64,000 bases of DNA, from assembly GCF_006345805.1 (NCBI RefSeq), contig NC_042997.1, forward strand, positions 83,886,001-83,950,000, written 5' to 3'. Shown in pieces: positions 12,452 to 24,111 of this stretch; position 1 is the stretch's first letter, and each line of letters opens with the position of its first letter. This DNA comes from Octopus sinensis (lineage: Eukaryota). The translations under genes were made by a program, and so were the position numbers. The notes under the pieces are model-generated. The model saw only the letters and a list, made by a program, of their open reading frames with translations, was not told the DNA's origin and did not search any database.

Positions 12452-13100
12452 TAAATTAGAGATAAAACCACTATTATGCAACTCAAACAGTGATAGACTT
12501 AAACCAAAACATAAAAATCAAAAAAATAACTATAATTAATATAATATACAAAATATATATAAAATATAAAATTTAAATTATTGAAATTTTAAATTTTAAA
12601 ATTTATATTTATAAATTTTTTTATATTTTAAATTTATAAATTTTTAACTTTTAAACTTTTTTTATACTCACCAAAAAGTATTAAAAAGTTTAATATAATA
12701 TAATAAGTAATATACATATATAAATATATATATATATTATATATATATATATATATACATACATATATATGTATGTATGTATAAATTTGCGTGTGTGTGC
12801 ATTTGTGTCTGTGTTCGTCCCCCTGCCACCACCACCACCACCACCACCACCATCGTTTGACAACTGATGTTGGTGCATTTATTTTCTTGTAACTTAGCAG
12901 TTTGGCAAAAGAGACCGACAGAATAAGTACTAGGCTTACAAAGAATAAGTCCTGGGGTTGATTTTTTCAAAAAAAAAAAAAAATCCTTTAAGGCAGTGCT
13001 CCAGTATCATTACAGTCATTGACTGAAACAAATAAAAGAGTAAAAGAATAAATGCACAAAATATTTTACCAATATTTTGATACAATTTCGAATAATATTT
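11962..13100. mobile_element. hAT (Charlie-like) MITE split by a family-A SINE, which is itself split by (TA)n-embedded cassettes
   Basis: Starts cagtggttctcaacc. Segments 11962-12050 and 13050-13100 match adjacent parts of the intact copy at 35006-35271 in reverse. SINE halves lie at ~12050-12072 and ~12790-13050. Confidence 0.65.
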
Positions 13101-13518
13101 ACCTCTTTAGCATTTAGATTATTTTGTCACTTTGTTTAAGGTAATGCTTATTCATTTGCATTGTTTTGAATTGGTCATGCATTAATTATTCCAAAGCTTT
13201 GAGATTTTGACAATGTGATTGTTTATTTTTAAAACAGTATTTTAGGGCAGGTGTGAAAAGCCAGATCTGGCTGGTTTGAACATGAAACAGGATGAATATT
13301 TTGGCTAAGACATTTGCTCAAGATCTCTCTTAGTGAGATTAAACCTTAAACTATATGGTTGCAAAACTTGTTTCTTAATCACTTGGGTCACACTTGTGTC
13401 CTGTATCTATGGTGTATCTATATTTCTGTTAAAAGAGACTTGTGATTGGTTGAGTTTTAGCTGATGTGAAAGAGGGCAGACACAGAAAGACAGCCATAAA
13501 TAGATAGACTAAGCAAGA

Positions 13519-13734
13519 GGCAAGCTGGCAGAACCGTTAGCACGCCGGGCGAAATGCGTAGCTATATTTCGTCTGCCGTTACGTTCTGAGTTCAAATTCC
13601 GCCGAGGTCGACTTTGCCTTTCATCCTTTCAGGGTCAATAAATTAAGTACCAGTTATGCACTGGGGTCGATGTAATCGACTTAATCCGTTTGTCCCCTCT
13701 ATGTTTAGCCCCTTGTGAGTAATAAAGAAACAGG
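13519..13734 (+). mobile_element. Family-B tRNA-derived SINE with Meta-like central domain and 14-bp TSD
   Basis: A-box-like tggcagaaccg, B box gagttcaaattcc, central gtcgactttgcctttcatcctttcagggtcaataaattaagtaccag. The TSD tagactaagcaaga is at 13505-13518 and 13735-13748. Confidence 0.85.
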
Positions 13735-15140
13735 TAGACTAAGCAAGAGACAGACACTACGCCTCTGACTGATGAGGCCAGATGATGAGAAACAGAAACA
13801 GGTAGAGGTAAGAGAAGGCCAAGTGAAGAGAGGGAGGGGGTAGGTAGAGAGAGTTAATGAGAAAAGGATAGAAAAAGGGAGTAATCAAACAAAACTGCCA
13901 AAATGTAAAGTAACCCATAACCCACATTTCACATAGAATTTACTCATTTGTTTTGGACATATGAGAATGTGTAAAAAGGGTGAGTGAAGTCCCTTCAACT
14001 GTCACCCCCACAACATTTTCTATAGTAAAGGGAAAACTATATTCCTTACTCTCAGTTTCACCTACAGTCTTACATTGTTGTAGGTGTTAGTTTATCCAGC
14101 TCCATGTCATCTGATACTTTCAACAATGTCAAGTTTGTTGTTGCATATGGTGGTAGTGGTGGTTGTGGTATATGGTATAGTGGCCTGTTGTTGTGATGTA
14201 GCTTAACCAGCCCTAATCAAGCCTATGATCACAAGCATTCCAAACATGACAGCCCTATCTGTTGGTATATAAAGGGAAACACTGTTCAATGAATATATCT
14301 TCTGTTTAAGGAAATAGTAATTTGAGGGGAGATATAGCTGCTTTTTCTGACAGGATGAGGGAGTACATAAAAGTGTCCTAATTGTGTGTCATACAGTGAA
14401 TATATACAGGGGAATTCAAAAGTCTCTGTCATATTCAAATGATACATAAAATGTTTATTGCATTATTTTGTCTTTATATAATTTGCTATCATTGAAATTT
14501 TGTTGTAGGGCAAGTAGTTTGGTCCCACTGAAATGCACTTTGGGTTAAGTATTTCTGCAGAAGTCCTGACCCAAATAATGCTTAGTGATGGATATAGTTG
14601 ATGGAAACTGCAGGAAGCTTGCTACATATACATACATACTTTATTTGTTGGTTTCATGCCAAGAATTCTCTGCAATTATCAAACCTACCATATTGAGAAT
14701 GTTGGAGATGAGTAGCAATGTCCCATGTGGCAGGCTTGATAATCGCTGAGTACTCTCAGCATGAAACCAATGGTAGCTTCATTAACCCACCAAAAATAGA
14801 TGAAGGAAAGCATAATTTATATATTTCATAAAAGATATAATTTATATATTTTATCAAAATGGTTGGAGTTAAGAATGACATCCAGCTGTAGAAACCATAC
14901 CAAAGAAGACAGTAGAGCTTCACACAGTCTTCTGACTTGTCAGCTCTAGCCAAACTGTCTAACCATGCCAGCATGAAAAATGGATTTTAAGTGATGATGA
15001 TGTCTAAGAAAGCTGCAACACAGTAGAATCAATGATACAAGTCCAAGTGATGTAGAAACAAGAAATATATTAGATAGCTCCATGTCAACATTCATAAAAC
15101 TTTCTAGCAATTTAAAGCTATAGAACAATTAAAAGCTATA

Positions 15141-15547
15141 GGCGTAGGAGTGGCTGTGTGGTAAGTAGCTTGCATACAAACCACATGATTCCGGGTTCAG
15201 TCCCACTGCGTAGCACCTTGGGCAAATGTCTTCTACCATAGCCTCGGGCTGACCAAAGCCTTGTGAGTGGATTTGGTAGATGGAAATTGAAAGAAGCCTG
15301 TCATATATATGTACATATATTTATATGTGTGTGTGTGTATGTGTTTGTGTGTCTGTGTTTGTCTCCCCCAAAATCGCTTGACAACCGATGCTGGTGTGTT
15401 TATGTCCCCATAACTTAGCGGTTCGGCAAAAGAGACCAATAGAATAAGTACTAGGCTAACAAAGAATAAGTCCTGGGGTCAATTTGCTCGACTAAAGATG
15501 GTGCTCCAGCATGGCTACAGTCAAATGACTGAAACAAGCAAAAGAGT
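15141..15547 (+). mobile_element. Family-A tRNA-derived SINE, full length
   Basis: A box tggctgtgtgg, B box ggttcagtccc, CORE/MIR-like caccttgggcaa.tgtctt, internal (TA)/(TG) microsatellite and a ...gactgaaacaag.aaaagag tail. Confidence 0.9.
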
Positions 15548-16509
15548 AACAGAAAAAGTAGGTATTATTGCCTTTACAAGGTGGAAAAAGTTGTCAACAA
15601 CTTTCTCTGCCTTACAAGAGTAGTAATACCCAATTTCTCTGCTGTTTTAATGGCGATACTGCATTCGAAATACCACTTTCATGTCTGTATTGTATGATAC
15701 ACATTTGACGCTTCTAAAACACAAATGTTTGTTTATATACATACATGATTGTTAAAGCTATACTTTAAGCAGAAGACCTAGCTAAACAGCCATCTGAATT
15801 TCTCCTTCTGGATGATCCCCGCCCCCATTTTATCAGGTAGATAAAAAAAATTGAAGCATGATAAAGAGACTTTTGAATCACTATGCATTTAATTACTGAG
15901 AAATAATTACATTCAGAGCCATATATATATAAATGAATAATGTAATATGGCTCGAGGGTGAGAAGCAATGCCCAGAAAATATGTAGATTTACATAAACAC
16001 ATGTATTCAAATATGCACATAATAAACTGGCACATCGTCGTTGTTGTTGTCATCATCATCATCAACCTTGATTGTCGGTTTTCCATGCTGGCATGGGTTA
16101 GGCAGTTTGACCAGAACTGGCAAGTAGGAGAGCTGTGCCAGGTTCCAGTCTAATTTGGCTTGGTTTCTACAGCTGGATGCCCTTCCTAATACCAATCACC
16201 TTACAGTGCGCGCTGGGTGCTTTGAAGTGTCACTGACCTGAGACATGTGTTGTATGTCTATGTATATACATCCAGATATACATGCAACTACATGTTAATA
16301 CATGTTTCTATTATACACATCAGTACAAAAAAGCATAAATTAGATAACTGGACATATCTAACTAGAAGAACCCACAAGAACTTAATTCTGAGCACACTGC
16401 TTCCTATAACAGAAACAGCTGTAAAGTAATGAAGTTAATTACATGATTCCTATACTTTTGTCATTAATTAACATTATGCTCTGTACTCAACTAATGCTTT
16501 ATCTTTTTT

Positions 16510-16886
16510 ACCTTTTAACTTGTTTCAGTCATTAGACTGCAGCCATGCAAGGGCATCACTTTGAGGAATTTGTAGTTGAATGAACTGACTCAGGTACTCA
16601 TTTTTCTTTAAAGCCTAGTAATTATTCTATCAGTGTCTTTTGCCAAACCATTAAATTACATGTACTTAAACACAGCAACACCGATTGTCAAACAATGATG
16701 GGACACACACACAAAGACACACACACACACGACAGGTTTCTTTCATTTTCCATGTAGCAAACTCACCCACAAGGCTTTGGTTGGCCTGAGACTATAGTAG
16801 AAAATACTTGTCCAAGGTGCCACATAGTAGGACTGAACCTGAAACCATGTGGTTCAGAAGCAAGCTTCTTACCACACAGACATGCC
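16510..16886 (-). mobile_element. Family-A SINE, diverged, reverse orientation
   Basis: Head, CORE-like block and tail of the 15141 copy are all present as reverse complement. Confidence 0.8.
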
Positions 16887-18222
16887 TTAAAGTATATGTA
16901 TATTGAGTTCTAACAACTAATTATTAGCAATGCTGATTAAATGAATAGGATGAGTGTTTTATTAGAATTATGGTCATGGAAAGGGTTAAATGTGGAGTAA
17001 GCTGTCAGTTCAAAAATATTTAGCAGTACTTAAAAGATTCACAGGAGACCCTACTTATAAGACAAATAGTGTTTGTTAAGAGAGATTTGAGTGATACTGG
17101 GGTCTGCTTAAGCATACTACATAGAACAAAATACCCTCTTGTTGATTTGCAACATTGATGATAGTGTATAAATATATTTTGGTTTTTGTTTGAAAGGCAT
17201 TCCAGCTGAGACCATATCACTTTTCTTTTCTTTTTTTCTTCTTTTTCAGATACAAGTGTATCTAGGACTATATTATCCAATGAGTCATATTCTTTAGCAA
17301 ATCAAACATCTACATTTATAGAGGCTTCCCTCATTGAGTTGATGGATGGTGGATTTAATGTGTGAGGGAAAAAGTGAAGAAGGAACTTTAACAGGTACTA
17401 CTATGATCAGACATACAATTTAAGCTATCACAAATATAACAGAGGATGGTGCAACAAACATGACCAACATCTTCATCACCGTTATCACTATCTCTATTAC
17501 CGATTAAAATCCTCATCTTTAAAAACCAGTGTCTGTATTATATTTGCCAGCAGTAGCAGCAAAGTGCCACCACCACCGTCCTTATCAATTCTACCACCAA
17601 GTCTAACTTCATGCTTACCATTATTACTATTACCACCACAACACATAGGGTTCTCTACCACAAACTCCCCCCCCATCATCTTCATAGCCAGCAGCAGCAG
17701 CAAGCAACAACATGTCAATCATAATTACTGCCAACTACAAATGCAGACCTTTCACTTCCACTGCCCCACCCCAGCTCTACCCACAGCACTACTCTAACAT
17801 GTCAACATCATCATACCACAACACCTACTCTTCTAACACTCTTTTACTTGTTTCAGTCATTTGACTGTGGCCATGCTGGAGCACCGCCAAAGGCTATAGT
17901 AGAAAGCACTTGCCCAAGGCGCCATGCAGTGGAACTGAACCCAGGACCATGTGGTTGGGAAGCAAGCTTCTTACCACGTAGCCATGACCCCACTTATGTT
18001 AAAAAAAGATAAAATGGATAATGTAATCTGAGGCACACTATACTTGAACATAAAGATATGTTCAAGTAACTTTGATCATGGTTCTTATTGATCAGGTTTG
18101 CCTTTGGGTTAAATCAAAATGACTATCTTTTCTACTATATTCTCCACAACTCTTACACTTTTAAAATTTCTCGACCCCTCTCCACAAAAAAAGTCCACCA
18201 GCATGAAGAGAATTCTTTACAT

Positions 18223-18372
18223 AGGCACAGGTGTGGCTGCATTGTAAGAAGTTTGTTTCCCAACCTCATGGTTCTGGTTTCAGTCCCACTGCGAGGCACC
18301 TTGCACAAGTGTCATCTACTATAGCTTCGGCCTTGTGAGTGGATTTAGTAAATGGAAACTGAAAAAAGCATA

Positions 18373-18419
<47 letters not shown>

Positions 18420-18938
18420 TATACATGCAGGGTGGTGCAAAAGTAGTTATACAGTTATGATAAAAAGAAAACATGTACAATACTACTCATATATTTTCAT
18501 GAAAAATAGTTACAATAAAAGTATCATTATAGTTATGATAAATATATTATTATGATTAATGACACTGAAAATATCGAAAATGATGCTAATTTAATGTGCT
18601 AATAATTTTAATGATATTCTACAGTCATAATAAAATTTTAATGAATTATAACATTGATGTGATACTGTATATCTATTTTTGCACCACTTGCATATATATA
18701 TATATATGAATATGTGTGTGTGTCTGTAGGTGTCTCCCCCACCTCACCCACAACATAGCTTGATAACTAGTGTTGGTGTGTAACTTAACAGTTTGGCAAA
18801 ACAAACTGATAGAATAAGGAGAGTACCAGGCTTAACAAAATTAAGTACCGGGATCAAAGGCTTTGACTAAAATGTCTTGAAGGTGGTGCCCCAGCATGGC
18901 CACAGTTTAATGACTGAAACAAATAAAAGATAAAAGAT
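18223..18938 (+). mobile_element. Family-A SINE with a MITE inside its internal microsatellite
   Basis: Head at 18223-18370 and tail at ~18715-18938. Confidence 0.8.
18428..18690. mobile_element. Tc1/mariner-type MITE (263 bp)
   Basis: Imperfect ~27-bp TIRs cagggtggtgcaaaagtagttatacagt / actgtatatctatttttgcaccacttg, with an AT-rich non-coding interior and a TA-rich context. Confidence 0.75.
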
Positions 18939-19763
18939 TGTTGCCAGTCAGATTATCACCTCAGTTTCTATCAAAAGTAAGACACTCCAAGTGTAATCCC
19001 TAATAGAAATCCTCCATAATCAACAACAACCATGGTCACCACCACTGCCACTACCACCATGACCAGCATTGTTATCTTTAGAATGAGCTGCTTCTTACAT
19101 AATTCAACCAACACACATATACACATATAAACACATTACCGCCACCCTAACCATCGCCTCACTATAATCAACAGCGCTACCAACATTTCTCCTTTTTATA
19201 ATCATAAACCTTCTACTTGTTTCAGTTATCAAACTGCTGCCATGCTGAGGCACTGCCTTAAATGATGATAATGATGATGATGACAGCACTGACATAGAGG
19301 TCATCATCAAAATCTTTTTTACAACTTCTGGGGCCAGTTCACTGATCTCTGTTGCATTTCGTGCATCCTCGAATGACAAAGTTCTTTTCTTTGTGAGGCT
19401 CATGCACTTGCGTATATCTTCCATCTTTTACTTGTTTCAGTCACTTGACTACAGCATCCTGGAAGCACTGCCCTGGAGGGTTTAGTTGAACAAATCAACC
19501 CTAGTACTTATTTGTTTGAAGTTTTCTACTTATTCTATCAGTAATCTTTGCTGAACCACTAAGTTAAGTTACAGAGATGCAGACACAGCAACAGCAGTTA
19601 TTAAGTGGTGGTGGTGGTGGTGGGACAAGCAAAAAACAAGACACATGCATACATACACACACACACACACACACATGCATAATGGGCTTTCACATAGTTT
19701 CCACAAACAAAATCCACTCACAAGGGATTGGTTAGTTTATGCAGTGGAACTGAACCTGGAAGT

Positions 19764-20020
19764 GGAGGCATGTGGCTTAGTGCTTAGGGGTGTTGGACTC
19801 ATGATTGAAAGATTGTGGTTTCGATTCCTGGACCGGGCAACGTGCTGTGTTCTCAAGTAAAACATTTCATTTTGCATTGCTCCAGTCCCCTCAGCTGACA
19901 AAAATGAGTAATCCGGCAACAGACTGGCGTCCCATCCAGGTGGAGAATATATATGCCATGACACTGGGAAATTTATGAGTTGGTATAACTTGAAAAGGTA
20001 ACTTTACCTTTTACCTTTAT
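19764..20020 (+). mobile_element. Family-C tRNA-derived SINE inserted in a minus-strand family-A SINE (~19425-20065)
   Basis: A box tggcttagtg, B box ggtttcgattcc, block gactggcgtcccatccagg and an (accttt)-like tail. Flanking 14-bp duplication aactgaa(c/t)ctggaa at 19748-19761 and 20023-20036. Confidence 0.78.
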
Positions 20021-20369
20021 GTAACTGAATCTGGAACCACAGCTCCTTAACTGTGAAGTCATGCCTGAACAATCTGTTGCCTTATCACCAATTCCATGGC
20101 ATGCGGTACTACTCACCATCACGAATTTCAGCAATGGCAACCAATTTCATTTAAAGCTGTCATCAAATTCAAATTTGTCGGAGCCATGAGCAACATGTTT
20201 ACCATTATTTCATACAATAAAACCACTTGGACCACAACATCAACAACAACTAAAATGTTCAAGTCCTAACAAGAGACATTCTACCATTGTTTTCTCAACC
20301 AGTGGTTCCACCACCATTACCATCTCTGTTATATCAGCTCCACTATATTCTCTCACACCACACTCATTC

Positions 20370-20374
<5 letters not shown>

Positions 20375-20402
<28 letters not shown>

Positions 20403-20760
20403 AGTATACACACATACATACTTACATACATACATGTCTGCATATAAACATATATATATATATAGACACACACACAAATATACACCTGTATTTATATATA
20501 TAAATATATAGGTATACACGCATACATACTTACATACATACATGTATGCATGTATACATATATATATATATATATAGACACACACACACAAATATACACG
20601 TGTATTTATATATATATATTATATATATATATATATAGACACACACACAAATATACACGTGTATTTATATATATAAATATATATATATATATAAATATAT
20701 ATAGACACACACACAAATATACACGTGTATTTATATATATAAATATATATATATATAATA

Positions 20761-20835
<75 letters not shown>

Positions 20836-20880
20836 GTATGTATGTATATATATATGTATGTATGTGTATATATATATATC
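20375..20880. repeat. (TA)n tract with an embedded higher-order unit (agacacacacacaaatatacac(c/g)tgtattta x4)
   Basis: The unit recurs at ~20463, 20576, 20637 and 20703. Confidence 0.9.
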
Positions 20881-21411
20881 TTACCAGTGGCATTATGCTT
20901 CTTCTCCCTCATGTAAATCATCTATTTTCCTCCATGCAGCACACACATTATTTCAATAAAAGCAAACCCTAATATTTGATAAGCCTAAACCAAAACAAAT
21001 ATGTCAACAACATCAACAGCATTAACAATCAGAAATAAAAACCGACCACGTACAAAATAACAATTAAATAATAACAAGAAGAAAAAGAGAAACTAAAATA
21101 AAGCAGAAATATATATTAAAACATTGTGCTATAGGCAAACAGTTTTGCACATCAATTGAGCTGGGATGGTGGTACTACATAGATCTGTGAGAATATGAGT
21201 GTTTTATGCCTGTTGTATCAAACTGTAATATAGCACCATCAGCAAAGTGGTTTGTGGTTTACACAGGAGTGGAAACCAAGGAATGGACGCCAGGCAATAT
21301 CATCATCATCGTTTAACGTCCGTTCTCCATGCTAGCATGGGTTATATATGTATATCTATACACAAACTTACATATACCTATGTGTATGTCTGTATGTATA
21401 TATATATGTGC

Positions 21412-21460
<49 letters not shown>

Positions 21461-21462
21461 CA

Positions 21463-22250
21463 CAGGGTGCAGTGAATATATTGCCCTCTAACATATGCAA
21501 AAATGAAAATAACACTGATATCTCATTTTAACAGATATATTTACCAAAATTACATAAAAATATCTTGAAATACTAAAGAGTAAATTTATTCAATAAAATC
21601 GCCATTGGCTTCAACCATAGCCTCTAGACGACTTCAGAATCTCCTGCAACTCTTCTAGATAGTCTCCTTGTTGAAGTTGGTGAATGCTGCTATAATCCTT
21701 GCCTGGTTTCTCGCAGTCTGGGGAGTTAGGTGGTTAGATGTTAGGGGTGATGTGATTGCAGAAATTGTCTGACAGCCATGACTGGGTTCTCCTGCTTGTG
21801 TGGCATGGTGCAGACTCCTGTTGCCAGACATAGGGTCTTCCACTGGCCACACTCTTGACCCAGGGCAGCGCTACCTCCTCTGGGCACTTGATGTAGGCCT
21901 CTGTGTTGAGTCTGAGCTGAAACTGTGTGGGAAGATGAATGGAAGCATAACATTGCCATCACTAGTGATCATTCCAAACCCCAAGATGTTGACCGGATGT
22001 TTCATTTTTATCCCTCTCAGTTTTGGAGACACGACAAGCTAATGGTGTTTCTGTGTGTTCAGAGTTTCTGGCATGAATGCCAAGCAGTAGAGCATGCCGT
22101 TTCCAAATTTCTGGCAGAGTGAATTGTGTCATGGCACTGTTTTTCTCAAAGATGGTGCCCAGCTGACCTTTTTGTCAACTACTGTGTAGTCAACAAAATC
22201 AAAAACAATGTGCACGCCTGAAACAAAAATTAAAATGGTGACAAATTCAT
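21463..22250 (-). mobile_element. maT/DD37D-like Tc1/mariner relic
   Basis: The minus strand reads VWQQESAPCHTSRRTQSWLSDNFCNHITPNI*PPNSPDC and ...SRLEAMVEANGDFIE*. The terminus is cagggtg. A second copy lies at 51195-51719. Confidence 0.8.
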
Positions 22251-22850
22251 AGTCACTTTAACATGGCTGTCTGTTTGAGCGGACTCTACTGTGATATTTT
22301 AACCCCAAGAGGACATCTCCTCTAGCTGGTTAATGATGCACAGCTGCATCCAATAAAATTGCGAGCAGGAGAGCGAACCCCTACCATCTCCTAGCAACAG
22401 GACCAGTTGATGAGTCCTGGTTTTGGGTTATTTCTGCCACTCCTCAGTACTGGACATCTTGTCTGCTAAAAATGATAGCAGCTCGCTTCTGCACACAATA
22501 TATATATCAAACAAACACACAATCACTGATTTTGCAACAAGCAAAAATGCTAGTTCTAAAATCTCTCTAAGAGATCAACGCAGTAGTTGTACTGACAAGT
22601 AATAATCGAAGTCACTTTAACATGGCTGTCTGTTCGAGGACATCTCCTCTAGTTGGTTAATGATGCACTGCTGTATCCAATAAAATTGTGAGCAGGAAGT
22701 GAACCTCTACCATCTCTAAACCAGGACTGGACTACTGGTCCTGTTGCTAGGAGATGGTAGGGGTTTGCTCCCCTGCTCGCAATTTTATCAAGTGCAGCTA
22801 TGCATTGTTAATCAGCTAGAGGAGATGCCCTCTTGGGGTTAAAAAATCAG
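22251..22850. repeat. Triplicated ~110-150-bp block (two direct copies, one inverted)
   Basis: gaggacatctcctctag.tggttaatgatgcac...ctaccatctc occurs at ~22309-22410 and ~22637-22715, and inverted at ~22735-22845. Confidence 0.85.
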
Positions 22851-22851
22851 A

Positions 22852-22940
22852 TATTAGCGCTTTCTCCCATTCTAGTGGGGTTTTCAAATCAAACTAAGTT
22901 TGATTTGAAAACCCCACTAGAATGGGAGAAAGCGCTAATA
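22852..22940. repeat. Perfect palindrome, 44-bp arms, 1-nt spacer
   Basis: tattagcgctttctcccattctagtggggttttcaaatcaaact-a-agtttgatttgaaaaccccactagaatgggagaaagcgctaata. Confidence 0.97.
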
Positions 22941-23036
22941 CTTGATCTAAGTTATATGCTGTATAAAAAATGTAATATACAAATAAATATCTGTAAATAT
23001 AAACCATCCGATTTTCTGAGTACCTCATTTCTTCTA

Positions 23037-23081
<45 letters not shown>

Positions 23082-23085
<4 letters not shown>

Positions 23086-23937
23086 GTGTGCAAGAGAGAC
23101 GATTGCGCTGGTATGGTCATGTGGCAAGAATGGATGAAGATAGGTGTGTGAGAAAGTGCCAATCCCTAGCAGTTGAGGGAACCCGTGGAAGAGGTAGTCC
23201 CAGGAAAACCTGGACGAGGTGGTGAAGCACGACCTTCGAACTTTAGGTCTCACCATGGAAATGACTAGAGACCAAGACCTATGGAAGAATGCTGTGCGTG
23301 AGAAGACTCGGCAAGACTAGTGAAGCCATAACCCGTGGCCCCTACCTGGGACGTAGTCAGTCCACCTGTGCATACCTTCCTTCTTGTGACACTTGTGAAG
23401 ACCTGTTGAGGCAAGTGAAAATCAAAATGAAAATCAAAATCAAACCAAATCAAAATAGATGAACATCAATGGAATTTGTATCTTTGTGGTACCAGTGCCG
23501 GTGGCACATAAGAAAACCATCCGAACGTGGCCATCCGTACTGCATCGACTGGCCTCCGCGCTGTGGGCACGTAACAAACACCATCCGAGCGTGGCCGTTC
23601 GCCAGCCTCGTCTGGCACCTGTGTCGGTGGCACATAAAAAACACCATCCGAGCATGGCCATCTGCCAGCCTCGTCTGGCACCTGTGTCGGTGGCACATAA
23701 AAAACACCATCCAGGCGTGGCTGTCTGCCAGCCTCGTCTGGCACCTGTGTCGGTGGCACATAAAATCACCCACTACACTCTCGGAGTGGTTGGCGTTAGG
23801 AAGGGTATCCAGCTGTAGAAACACTGCCAGATCTGACTGGCCTGGTGCAGCCTTCGGGCTCAACAGACCCCAGTTGAACCGTCCAACCCATGCTAGCATG
23901 GAAAGCGGACGTTAAACGATGATGATGATGATGATGA
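23082..23937 (+). mobile_element. RTE-clade LINE 3' fragment: ORF C-terminus, 3' UTR with ~59-bp tandem array, (GAT)n tail
   Basis: CGVQERRLRWYGHVARMDEDRCVRKCQSLAVEGTRGRGSPRKTW is a typical RTE C-terminus. The array is at ~23495-23765 and the end reads gcatggaaagcggacgttaaac(gat)n. Confidence 0.9.
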
Positions 23938-24059
23938 TATATATATATCCTGGGGTTATATATAAGTCCTGGGGTCGATTTGCTCGACTAAAGGCAGTGC
24001 TCCAGCATGGCCGCAGTCAAATGACTGAAACAAGTAAAAGAGTAAAAGAGAAAGAGAGA

Positions 24060-24111
<52 letters not shown>

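Noticed and set aside
13768-13800. CTGATGAggcc...GAAAC
   Set aside because: No complementary stem II or cleavage triplet; chance match.
19104-19424. 106-aa ORF MEDIRKCMSL...
   Set aside because: It runs into a (GAT) repeat and a SINE tail; more likely a decayed retroelement end than a gene.
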